Assembly: GCA_018397055.1 (NCBI GenBank)
Contig: JAGTQS010000001.1
Location: 1 to 54,371, forward strand
Source: Candidatus Bathyarchaeota archaeon
GTDB lineage: Archaea > Thermoproteota > Bathyarchaeia > Bathyarchaeales > DTEX01
Length of the DNA: 54,371 nucleotides
Direction: 5' to 3'
Notes under the pieces: model-generated
Database searches by the model: none
The model's input: the letters and a program-made list of their open reading frames with translations, nothing else
What the model was told of the DNA's origin: nothing
Position numbers and translations under genes: made by a program
Shown: positions 8,766 to 17,825 of the stretch, piece by piece
How the letters are laid out: every line of letters begins with the position of its first letter
Numbering within the stretch: the stretch's first letter is position 1

Positions 8766-10682
8766 TTAGTGAAGCCGAATAGTTTCCAGAACGTCTGGTG
8801 CTGTGGCGTTAATTTTGTATCTTGTGCGCAGGTAATCAGCCAGCCCAAGGCATTTGGATTTTTCTCCGTGGCACACGATGACGTTCTCAGGTTTTGATGC
8901 CAGTTTACGGATGTATCCGATTATTTGTCTTCTGTCAGAGTGTCCGGAAAACCCGTCAACCGTTTGAACTTCGAGATTGCATTTAATAACCTTGATTTTT
9001 CCTTCGGAGTTGAAAACTGAGACTTCAGGCACCTTTTTCTGTACTCGTCTGCCTAGTGTTCCTTCAATTTGGTAGCTTACAAAGATTATTGTGTTCCGAC
9101 TGTCCTCGGCTAACTGCTGGAAATAATCGATTATAGGTCCGCCTTCAAGCATTCCAGCTGTCGCAACGATGATGCTGGGTTCGCCATTAATTATGTCCTG
9201 TCTGGCGCTTGGATGTTCAACAACGGTGAAGTAGTCGGACTCAAACGGGTTTACACCTTCGTTAAGTATGCTGTTTCTAACCTCTCTGGACAAATACTCG
9301 GGATGCGCGGTGTGGATAGCCGTCGCTTCAGAAATCATTCCTTCTATGAAGACTGGCGCTTCCTTCATCATTCCTCTTTTCATGTACTCGTCTAAAATAA
9401 GCATGATCTCCTGAGCCCTGCCAACAGCGGGAACGGGAATCAGAACCTTTCCACTTCGGGTAAGAGTTTCGTTAATTATTTGTGTAAGCCTTTGTTCAGC
9501 CTCTTCCCTCGCCGGCATGATGTCAGTCGGTCCGCTGTACGTCGCCTCGGTGATGATTGTTTCAACCCTTGGAAAATCTCGGGCAGCGGCTTCCAGCAAC
9601 ATTGTTTTGCCAAACTTGAAGTCGCCAGTGTAGACTATGTTGTGGTAGCCCTCGCCCATGTGAAGGTGAACTATAGAAGAGCCGAGAATGTGCCCAGCAT
9701 TATGTAAGGTCAGTCTGATGTCAGGAGCGATGTCTGTAACCACGCCGAACCTTAAGGGCACGGTGTGTAGTACACTTTCCCTCACATCTTTTTGGTCATA
9801 AAACAACGGCAAACCCTGTTTTGACATGACATCAAGATAGTCAAGCTGAAGAAGCGTCATGAGACTTAAATTCGGCACAGAACAATATACGGGTCCGTCA
9901 AATCCATACTTAAAAAGGAAAGGCAGGAACCCGCAGTGGTCTAGATGAGCGTGGCTTATGACAACAGCGTCTAAGGTTGAAGGGTCGAATTGGGCAACGT
10001 CAAACCTTGGAAAAACCTCGAAAGGCTTTGTGGAACCAGGATTTATGCCGCAGTCAATTAGAACTTGGCTTTCTCTTGTCTCCACAAGAATTGCTGAACG
10101 GCCAACTTCTCTGGCAGCGCCCAGCATCGTTATTCTGACGTCTCCAACCTCGTGTAGTAATGGTCTATAGATCCTTTCACCGACGTTTCGGAGAATCCTC
10201 TCTCTTTCCTTGCTTCCTGAATAGAGCGAGTGTCTTACGTGAGCAATGATTTTTGACGGTTTTGGCGGACTTCTCAGAACTCGAGGAATCCAACGTGTTT
10301 TAACCACGATTTCGTTGAGTGTTGAGCCGTCCTTTCCAATCACCAGACCAGGCTTTTTAGCTTCAATGATAACTTCGCCGACAGTTGGGTCGAACAGAAC
10401 GTTTGTGACTTCGGCTTCTTGGGTAACTATTTCTGTAATTGTTTTTTGGGCTTCAGGCTCAGCCATCCTCACAGAAGGGTCAGATCTGATGACTATTCTT
10501 TTTTTGATGAGGTTGACAATTTCCGTGATAGCCTTACTTTGGGTTACTCGTATTTCGGGTTTTTTGGTGTAAATGGCTAAAGAGGGACCCTCAAATTCAA
10601 TACGTGTAAGTTCTGCTTCTTTCGGAAGATGCTCAAAGATAGTTCTTCGGATCATATCCTTGTCTTTTTCTGTTGAGGCCAC
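8766..10682 (-). CDS. aCPSF1: KH-domain beta-CASP / metallo-beta-lactamase ribonuclease
   Basis: N-terminal KH modules (VIGKDGSTL), MBL motif HAHLDHCG, beta-CASP region; about 630 aa. An alternative ATG start lies at 10655. Confidence 0.9.
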   Translation of the reverse strand: MASTEKDKDMIRRTIFEHLPKEAELTRIEFEGPSLAIYTKKPEIRVTQSKAITEIVNLIKKRIVIRSDPSVRMAEPEAQKTITEIVTQEAEVTNVLFDPTVGEVIIEAKKPGLVIGKDGSTLNEIVVKTRWIPRVLRSPPKPSKIIAHVRHSLYSGSKERERILRNVGERIYRPLLHEVGDVRITMLGAAREVGRSAILVETRESQVLIDCGINPGSTKPFEVFPRFDVAQFDPSTLDAVVISHAHLDHCGFLPFLFKYGFDGPVYCSVPNLSLMTLLQLDYLDVMSKQGLPLFYDQKDVRESVLHTVPLRFGVVTDIAPDIRLTLHNAGHILGSSIVHLHMGEGYHNIVYTGDFKFGKTMLLEAAARDFPRVETIITEATYSGPTDIMPAREEAEQRLTQIINETLTRSGKVLIPVPAVGRAQEIMLILDEYMKRGMMKEAPVFIEGMISEATAIHTAHPEYLSREVRNSILNEGVNPFESDYFTVVEHPSARQDIINGEPSIIVATAGMLEGGPIIDYFQQLAEDSRNTIIFVSYQIEGTLGRRVQKKVPEVSVFNSEGKIKVIKCNLEVQTVDGFSGHSDRRQIIGYIRKLASKPENVIVCHGEKSKCLGLADYLRTRYKINATAPDVLETIRLH

Positions 10683-10709
10683 TTTCTTTCATCTCGTTTT
10701 TATTTTCAT

Positions 10710-11366
10710 CTAATTCTGTTTCAAAATCGTTCTTTTTTCTTCATCATTCAATTCTCGATAACCGTTCATGTCAATTATAGAGACATCAAAGCTGTCTCCA
10801 CTGGCAACATTACGTTTAATTGCTGATTTAATTGACATAACAACGATCTCTAAAATTTCTTGCAATGGTAAACCTTCCCGAAATCTTTCGTCCAGAACGC
10901 CGTAAGCCACTGGTGAACCTGATCCCGTCGCAACATACTTTTCCTCAGTTACGCTGCCGAATGGATCTATCATGAACAAGTGAGAACCTGAACTGTCAAC
11001 TCCCCCTATGATTATTCGCGCTAAAAATGGAGATAGACGGTTTGAGAAAAACATGTTTGCCACGAGACGCGCTGCTGTACTCACTGGAATGGGAGACTTT
11101 CTCTGCAGACGATATATTCTTGCATTTGCTTTGAGGATTTCAACCGTCCGCTGCGCATCCGCAACTAGGCCTGAAATCGTCATGGCTAAGTGGTTGTCTA
11201 TCTTGTAGACTTTTTTTCCTTTTTTGTGGACAACAAGTGAGCCGGCTGTCACCCTCGTGTCTGAAGCAAGCACAACACCATCAGTGCTTATAGCTCCAAC
11301 GGTCGTTGTTCCTTTTAATGCCATTCCATCATTTAATATATGCATTCCTAATTTCTCCGAAAACAT
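10710..11366 (-). CDS. psmB: Proteasome subunit beta
   Basis: Propeptide followed by the active-site GTTTVG; typical length. Confidence 0.9.
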   Translation of the reverse strand: MFSEKLGMHILNDGMALKGTTTVGAISTDGVVLASDTRVTAGSLVVHKKGKKVYKIDNHLAMTISGLVADAQRTVEILKANARIYRLQRKSPIPVSTAARLVANMFFSNRLSPFLARIIIGGVDSSGSHLFMIDPFGSVTEEKYVATGSGSPVAYGVLDERFREGLPLQEILEIVVMSIKSAIKRNVASGDSFDVSIIDMNGYRELNDEEKRTILKQN

Positions 11367-11545
11367 GTTAGCGCAAGCTTCTCGATGGTGAATCTAATAA
11401 GAGAGGAGTAAGTGCTTGAGTTTATCATAATAATGTTATGGTTAAATTTAAATCGTTCGGATTTTGGATTCATCCCAGAAGCTTCATTATGTCTTTTAAA
11501 TCAAGAAGACTTAAATTAGATGGGTTGTATCTCTTAAATGCTTGA

Positions 11546-12625
11546 ATGGAAGGACACTTATTGAGTCTAAACCTTCATCGCATGCAGCTTCCACGAGAGG
11601 TAATCGTTGGCAACGGAAGTATTCAACTAATCGGTGACGTCTGTAAAAACTTGGGATTTAACCGAAAAGCTTTGATTATCACGGGCAGAATTACTGTGAA
11701 AGCTGCAGCGCAAAGGGTAGGTGATATACTTAAGGATGAAGGGCTAAAGGTTGATTGCCATGTAGTTTCATCGGATGTTCCCACATTAGACGACGTTTGG
11801 CAAGCTGAAAAAGCCATTGAAGCCTTGAAGCCTCAAGTTGTTTTTGGAGTTGGAGGCGGAACAAAAATAGATATTGCAAAGCTAAGTTCAGCACATAAAG
11901 GAGTACTGTTCATAAGTGTCCCAACATCAGCCTCACACGACGGAATGGCAAGCCCATTCGCCTCGATTAAAGGACTGAAAAAGCCTTCCTCGATCTTGGC
12001 GCAGTCTCCAATAGCGGTTGTCGCCGACACATCAGTCATAATTAATGTCCCCTACCGTTTTATTGCGAGCGGATGTGGGGACGTAATATCGAAGTTCGTT
12101 TCAACCCAAGACTGGAAACTGGCCCATGAAAAAAAGAATGAATATTATGCGCAATACGCAGCGAGCCTAGCTTTAATGAGTGCGCAACACATAGTTGAGA
12201 ACGTTGACTTTATCAAGCCAGGATCTGAAGAAGGGTTAAGGGTTTTGCTTGAGGCCCTCGTAAGCTGTGGAGTAGCCATGTGCATAGCGGGAACAAGTAA
12301 ACCTTGCAGTGGCTCGGAACATCTCTTCAGCCACGCCTTAGACTTTTTGTATCCGAACAGTGCATTGCACGGTGAACAGTGCGGTTTAGGAGCAATAATG
12401 ATGGCTAAGCTTCACGGCATAGAATGGGAAATGATTAGAGACACGTTGAAAAAGATTGGGGCGCCAGTTACTGCCCGAGAAATTGGTGTTCCCTCAGATC
12501 ATATTGTCAAAGCGTTGTTGAAAGCTTCCACGATCTTGCCGGAAAGGTACACTGTCCTGAATGAGAGACATTTAACCCGAAAAACTGCCTACGAATTGGC
12601 AAAAACTACGGGCGTAATTGAGTAA
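11546..12625 (+). CDS. egsA: Glycerol-1-phosphate dehydrogenase [NAD(P)+] (archaeal lipid backbone)
   Basis: LPREVIVGNG, GGGTKIDIAK, SASHDG, GSEHLFSHAL, HGEQCGLG motifs of the G1PDH/Fe-ADH-like fold. Confidence 0.85.
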   Translation: MEGHLLSLNLHRMQLPREVIVGNGSIQLIGDVCKNLGFNRKALIITGRITVKAAAQRVGDILKDEGLKVDCHVVSSDVPTLDDVWQAEKAIEALKPQVVFGVGGGTKIDIAKLSSAHKGVLFISVPTSASHDGMASPFASIKGLKKPSSILAQSPIAVVADTSVIINVPYRFIASGCGDVISKFVSTQDWKLAHEKKNEYYAQYAASLALMSAQHIVENVDFIKPGSEEGLRVLLEALVSCGVAMCIAGTSKPCSGSEHLFSHALDFLYPNSALHGEQCGLGAIMMAKLHGIEWEMIRDTLKKIGAPVTAREIGVPSDHIVKALLKASTILPERYTVLNERHLTRKTAYELAKTTGVIE

Positions 12626-12657
12626 AAGTTTATTGTTTTCTTCAACAAAGTTTTATT

Positions 12658-13122
12658 GTGGAGAGCAACTTGGATAGCAAGAGAATTGTAACTTTAATCG
12701 GTTCAGGTCAGGCTAAAATTGGCGCAGTCTTCATTCATAAGGGTCCAGGCTCAAAATGTTCAGAATGTGGGTACTCGAAGGTTTGTGTTCATAACATAGA
12801 GCTGGGGCGCATCTATGAGATCGTAGGTGTACGTGATAAGACCCTATTTTGTAAGCAATACGAAACAGAGATGAAGGTTGTTGAGGTTATGAACGCCAAG
12901 ATATTATCTTCACTGCCGAGTAAACAGGCAATACCAGGCGCAATTATAGTCTTTAAAACGCCAGAATGCGGGAACGAAGGTTGCGAAAGGTACGAGTTGT
13001 GTTTTCCACTCGGCTTAAAAGATGGAGACAGATGTGAAGTGGTTGAGGTTAATGAGGCTTTTCAGTGTCCACTTGGAGTTTCTCGGAAGAAGGTTTTTCT
13101 TCGACTTGCTCCGGCTTCTTGA
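12658..13122 (+). CDS. UPF0179 family protein
   Basis: Cys-rich pattern GPGSKCSECGYSKVCV...LGRIYEIVGVR matches my recollection of archaeal UPF0179 proteins. Confidence 0.65.
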   Translation: MESNLDSKRIVTLIGSGQAKIGAVFIHKGPGSKCSECGYSKVCVHNIELGRIYEIVGVRDKTLFCKQYETEMKVVEVMNAKILSSLPSKQAIPGAIIVFKTPECGNEGCERYELCFPLGLKDGDRCEVVEVNEAFQCPLGVSRKKVFLRLAPAS

Positions 13123-13813
13123 AGGTTTCGGTGAACATGACGGTTTTTATTTCTGGGAAAAACTTTTGAACATCTAGGGCTATGCCTCTTTTCGCAATCT
13201 GTAATCCTTCAATGTAGAAGGCTTCTTCGGGAATTTCCACACTAAGAGCGTCGTTCGCTATTTCGAATGAAAACTTTCCTATGTCAATTTGTGGAATTCT
13301 TCTGTGGATTAATGCGCTTATCTTTTCTTCTGTTGCTTCGAGTTTCTTTTGAACTGTAACCTCGTAAATCAAGGTTTTCCCAGCGAGGGGAGGATTGAAG
13401 TCTAAGAGAACCCTTCCTGAACCTATTGTTCTAACTGTGGCCAAGCGGTTGTCAACTTCAACCCTCATTCCAACTTGAGGCGTAATCCCCTGGGAGGTTA
13501 GTTTCCTTAGTGGATACAACTTGATTTTTTTGGGGTCTCTTTCTCCGAAGCCTTTCTCAGCTGGAATTTCTATTTTTTCTGTTTTGTTAAGCTCAAGATT
13601 TAGTAAGGCGTCGTCCAGGGCCTTTAGAACCCAGCCTTCGCCTGTTACAACTAGATTTGGCTCGTAGAGAACGCCGTCTCTGTAGATGTTTTCTTTTCTG
13701 GCTACATCTTCAGATGTGGTATCGAAAGCTTCTCCCGTCTCGGACAATCGAGCGGTGTAATCGATTAGGATAAAATCTCCTTTCTTAAACGGCATCTTTT
13801 TTTCCTCATGCAA
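13049..13813 (-). CDS. FKBP-type peptidyl-prolyl cis-trans isomerase (long archaeal type)
   Basis: GEAFDTT..., VTGEGWVLKALDDAL, EKGFGERDP, plus an insert and a C-terminal domain. Its 3' end overlaps the convergent UPF0179 gene by 74 nt. Confidence 0.85.
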   Translation of the reverse strand: MHEEKKMPFKKGDFILIDYTARLSETGEAFDTTSEDVARKENIYRDGVLYEPNLVVTGEGWVLKALDDALLNLELNKTEKIEIPAEKGFGERDPKKIKLYPLRKLTSQGITPQVGMRVEVDNRLATVRTIGSGRVLLDFNPPLAGKTLIYEVTVQKKLEATEEKISALIHRRIPQIDIGKFSFEIANDALSVEIPEEAFYIEGLQIAKRGIALDVQKFFPEIKTVMFTETFKKPEQVEEKPSSEKLQVDTEKPH

Positions 13814-14166
13814 CTTGTTTTCATATCGCGTTATTTTACCGAATTTATGGTTCGCGCTTTGGTTTTCAACTTCGCTGCTTTAATCGGTAATATTTTGGTT
13901 ACTGAAAATAGGACTGACATATATGGATTACGGAAATAGTTTTGAGTAGCCTGTTAAAAGCTTATTCGAGTATCAGCACTTTTAAAATGATAGAGGCTAG
14001 GTAGAAAAAATGTGCGAGAGGTGTTACCTAATCCTTTGTTAGAAGAGCGTGGAAACTTAGAAGGTTCCATCAATATATGACTATCTGAAAAATAGACATA
14101 AAATATAGATTTATATTCATATTATCCTAATATACGATTGCCTATTATCATTTATGTTGAGTCCCG

Positions 14167-14547
14167 TTGAAGAATAAAAACTCCTCTAAGAAAGTCGAGA
14201 AAATCGCGTTAAGGTTCCTTACGCTATTTGATGAAAAACTAATGGAGGTTATAAAGGATGTTCTAGAAAAAGTTCTTGGAGAAGTTGCGGCGGGATTTAT
14301 CATTGAATTTTTAATTTTCAAGGTTCTGAAAAAGGATGAGACGTATATAACGTTTGGGGAGGATGCGAAAATATTTAGTGACGCCTTAAGAGACATTCTT
14401 GGGTCAGGTTGCGTACCAATCGAAAAATTAATTATTGAACAGTTATATTTGAAATTTAGATTAGAATTCAAAGAGGAGAAAAATTATACTTTTTCGGATT
14501 ACAAAAAAGAGTTGAAAAGATTGCTTGGGGAACATGGACAGTCATGA
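14167..14547 (+). CDS. Hypothetical small protein, translationally coupled to the histidine kinase
   Basis: 126-codon ORF (TTG start; alternative ATG at 14245). Its stop overlaps the kinase start (ATGA). No family recognised. AT-rich like the kinase. Confidence 0.5.
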   Translation: MKNKNSSKKVEKIALRFLTLFDEKLMEVIKDVLEKVLGEVAAGFIIEFLIFKVLKKDETYITFGEDAKIFSDALRDILGSGCVPIEKLIIEQLYLKFRLEFKEEKNYTFSDYKKELKRLLGEHGQS

Positions 14548-16640
14548 ATAATGAAACAAAAGTGGATGTTAATGCGTTCAACGAATTGCTTAACGCACTA
14601 GTTTTCTTGGGAAACGTTTCAACAAAGATTTTGGGTATGCCAGACGTGAACACGGTATTTAAAGTCCTCGAAAAAGAGTCTTCAAAGTCCCTATTATATA
14701 ATATGAGTATCTTTTTGTTGGCTAATAGTGGTTCAAGGCTGAAAATTGCAGCAGCGTCTGAATTTTATAGGAAAAATAAAATCTTTGAACATTTATTGGG
14801 CGTAAGCCTTGAGAAATTACGTATTAACATAGCTAAATCAAGTCTTTTAACTCAAACGGTGAACGAAGAAAAAACGTTGGAAGCTATTTTTGCTGATTTG
14901 ATACGAGAAATTTCAGCCTCCGAACGATGTGACGAAGTAATTAGGATGTTTGGCCTTCAGAAAAGAAGGGTTATTTTGTCACCATTATATCGCCATAAAA
15001 GGGTCTTCGGTATCCTCATCATTGACGCAATCGATTCGACAGATCAGTCTGTCACTGTAGCTAAAATTTTTGCTCAACAAATCTCAACCGTGATAGAATT
15101 TGTGGAAAAACAGTTAAAATACAAAAAAACTGCTGAGAAACTGAGGGGTTATGAAGAAAAATATAGGGCTTCATTCGAGAAAGCGATGGACGCGATTTTC
15201 CTTGCTGATGCTGAAACTGGCATATTAGTTGACTGTAACCACGCGGCATGCAAATTAGTTAAAAGAAAAAAGTCGGAGATTGTTGGCCAACATCAACGGA
15301 CTCTGCATCCTCCAGAGGAAGTTGCAGGTGAATTCAGCAAAACGTTTACCCTACATTTGAAAGAAGATGAAGGGCAAGTATTGGAAACAAAAGTTATCAC
15401 AAAAGATGGAGAAGTTAGAGACGTTGAAGTTAAGGCAAACCTGGTGGAAATTGCGGGTAGAAAAATACTTCAGGGAATTTTCCGAGACATTACGGAAACG
15501 AAAAAGATGGAAAGGGAGCTAATTCATGAACGTGACCTGCTGCAAGTTCTTATGGACAACATTCCTGACACAATTTATTTTAAAGACGTAAATTCTCGGT
15601 TCACAAGAATAAATTTGGCTCAAGCTCGAATGCTTGGTGTAAAAAGTCCTGAGGAGGCTGTGGGAAAAACAGATTTTGACTTTTTTACGCTTGAGCATGC
15701 AAAGGATGCCTATATTGATGAACAGAAAATCGTTAGGACAGGTATGCCTATTGTAAGTAAAGTTGAGAGAATTAGAAGAGCAGACGGAAAATTTCTGTGG
15801 GTTACAGCGACAAAGGTTCCAATAAGGGATTCAGCTGGTCGCATCGTTGGAATAGTTGGAATATCGAGAGACATCACAGAGACTAAGCAGATGCAAGATG
15901 AACTTGAACATTATTCCAAACACCTAGAAGAAATCGTAGAACAGAGAACAACGGAACTTAGAAGGGCTGAACGGTTGGCGGCAATTGGCGAAACAGCAGC
16001 AATGGTGGGACACGACCTCCGCAATCCATTGCAAAGCATGCTGGGGACACTTTATCTACTAAGAGAAAAAATTGATTCCGCCCATTGCGAATCTAGAGAT
16101 AAACAGGAATTTGAAGGATTACTCAAAAGAGTTGACGAAGAAATAAAATACATGAACAAGATAATTTCGGACTTACAAGATTTTGCTGGACCGACAAAAG
16201 TTAACCTAACAGAAACCGACATCAACGATGTTATAAAAGACACTCTTGCATCAATAACGATTCCAAAAACAATCAATGTTTCAGTAATGATTTCAAAATC
16301 TTTGCCCAAATTAATGGTTGACCCTACCTTAATGAGGAGAGTACTAACTAATTTGATTCTTAATGCTGTTCAGGCAATTTCTGATACGGGTAAAATTGGA
16401 ATAGAAGCATTTATTAATGGAGAAGATGCGATAATAAACATTACAGACACTGGGGTAGGCATCCCAGAAGAAAATTTGCCTAAAATCTTTCAACCGCTGT
16501 TTACCACTAAGGCTAAGGGGCAAGGATTCGGGTTGGCAACATGTAAAAAACTTATAAACCTTCAAAACAGCGAGATTGTGGTTAAGTCAGAAGTAGGTAA
16601 AGGTTCAACCTTCTCAATCAAGATCCCGTTAAAGAGGTGA
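14544..16640 (+). CDS. Sensor histidine kinase with an N-terminal uncharacterised (GAF-like?) region and two PAS domains
   Basis: H-box HDLRNPLQSM, N-box LTNLILNAVQA, G1 DTGVGIP, G2 GQGFGLATCKK. Two PAS-like repeats each end in RDITETK. Confidence 0.85.
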   Translation: MNNETKVDVNAFNELLNALVFLGNVSTKILGMPDVNTVFKVLEKESSKSLLYNMSIFLLANSGSRLKIAAASEFYRKNKIFEHLLGVSLEKLRINIAKSSLLTQTVNEEKTLEAIFADLIREISASERCDEVIRMFGLQKRRVILSPLYRHKRVFGILIIDAIDSTDQSVTVAKIFAQQISTVIEFVEKQLKYKKTAEKLRGYEEKYRASFEKAMDAIFLADAETGILVDCNHAACKLVKRKKSEIVGQHQRTLHPPEEVAGEFSKTFTLHLKEDEGQVLETKVITKDGEVRDVEVKANLVEIAGRKILQGIFRDITETKKMERELIHERDLLQVLMDNIPDTIYFKDVNSRFTRINLAQARMLGVKSPEEAVGKTDFDFFTLEHAKDAYIDEQKIVRTGMPIVSKVERIRRADGKFLWVTATKVPIRDSAGRIVGIVGISRDITETKQMQDELEHYSKHLEEIVEQRTTELRRAERLAAIGETAAMVGHDLRNPLQSMLGTLYLLREKIDSAHCESRDKQEFEGLLKRVDEEIKYMNKIISDLQDFAGPTKVNLTETDINDVIKDTLASITIPKTINVSVMISKSLPKLMVDPTLMRRVLTNLILNAVQAISDTGKIGIEAFINGEDAIINITDTGVGIPEENLPKIFQPLFTTKAKGQGFGLATCKKLINLQNSEIVVKSEVGKGSTFSIKIPLKR

Positions 16641-17098
16641 AAAACTTGGAAAAGAAAAAGAACATATTGATTGTAGACGACGACGAGACAATCCTCGATG
16701 TCATCAAAGACATTCTTGAACTGAAAGGATACAGTGTTGACACTGCTAGAACTGGACGCGAGGCAATACAAAAAACAAAGGCCAAGTATTATAATCTGGC
16801 TTTACTGGACATTAAACTTCCTGACATGGAGGGCACTAATCTTCTGTCGAAGATTCACAGGGACATCCCTAAGATGATGAAAATCATGATTACTGGCTAT
16901 GCCAGCTTAGAGAACGCTGTTGACTCTTTGAACCTTGGAGCAGACGCGTACTTGATGAAACCTGTTGAAACAGAAAAACTGTTGAGGACTGTGGAAGAAA
17001 AACTTAAGGAGCAAGAAGAAGCCGAAAGCATGAATGAGGAAAAGGTTTCTGAGTGGATTAAAAGCCGAATCCGCAAAATTGAAAGCGGTGTCTCATAA
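16637..17098 (+). CDS. Response regulator, receiver domain only with a short C-terminal helical tail
   Basis: ILIVDDDE ... LLDIKLPDMEG ... MITGY ... YLMKP. GTGA overlap with the kinase stop. Confidence 0.85.
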   Translation: MKNLEKKKNILIVDDDETILDVIKDILELKGYSVDTARTGREAIQKTKAKYYNLALLDIKLPDMEGTNLLSKIHRDIPKMMKIMITGYASLENAVDSLNLGADAYLMKPVETEKLLRTVEEKLKEQEEAESMNEEKVSEWIKSRIRKIESGVS

Positions 17099-17143
17099 AA
17101 CCAGTCGCAATTATGCGTTCAGCATCTTAAGGAATATTAGCTG

Positions 17144-17818
17144 CTATAACGTGTCAGGCTCAAGCCTTAACTCATTATCAAGAAAAGCCACCAAATAGTC
17201 GCCGTGCCTCGCTGGGCCTGGATTTACGACTAATGTTTTGCCAATTTTTTCTTTGCCTTTAGCCTCGTGGATGTGACCGCAAAAAACCATTGACGGCTGA
17301 TTTTCCTCAATATATTTCCTAACGCTCAAGCTGCCTACGTGATGACCGAATGATGTTCTATCAAGAAGCGTGTCACATGGAGGAGCATGTGAAACAAGAA
17401 CCACCCAATGGCTTAAAGGAAGGCTTCTGGACGCCCGGTTCAAGGTTTCCATTATTTTGTCTTCTGTTATTTCAAAGGGTGTACTGAAAGGCGTCGGTGG
17501 GCTTGCTCCGACTCCCAGAAAAGTCACATCGTCGTACGTGACATTTTTTCCATGAATGCACGTAGCTCCTTCCATGTCTACGCCTACAAGTGAAGGCGGG
17601 TCGCAGTTTCCAGGCACAAAAATGACGGGTATCCGAGTTTCTGTTAACAGCGACAAAAGACTTCGTGCTTCTTGGAGGCTGCCAAAGTGAGTTATGTCGC
17701 CGCAAACAACCATAACGTCAGCTCTGTTTTCTTCAGCCTTTTCCACGAAGGCCTCGAACATGGATTGTTTTCCATGGAAGTCGGTTCCTACAAGAATTTT
17801 CATAAACCTTTCATCCAT
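17144..17818 (-). CDS. Metallophosphoesterase (calcineurin-like, YfcE/MJ0936-like size)
   Basis: Motifs GTDFHG, CGDITHFG, GNCD, SHAPP, CGHIHE. Begins 8 nt downstream of the herA stop. Confidence 0.8.
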   Translation of the reverse strand: MDERFMKILVGTDFHGKQSMFEAFVEKAEENRADVMVVCGDITHFGSLQEARSLLSLLTETRIPVIFVPGNCDPPSLVGVDMEGATCIHGKNVTYDDVTFLGVGASPPTPFSTPFEITEDKIMETLNRASRSLPLSHWVVLVSHAPPCDTLLDRTSFGHHVGSLSVRKYIEENQPSMVFCGHIHEAKGKEKIGKTLVVNPGPARHGDYLVAFLDNELRLEPDTL

Positions 17819-17825
17819 GAAGTTT

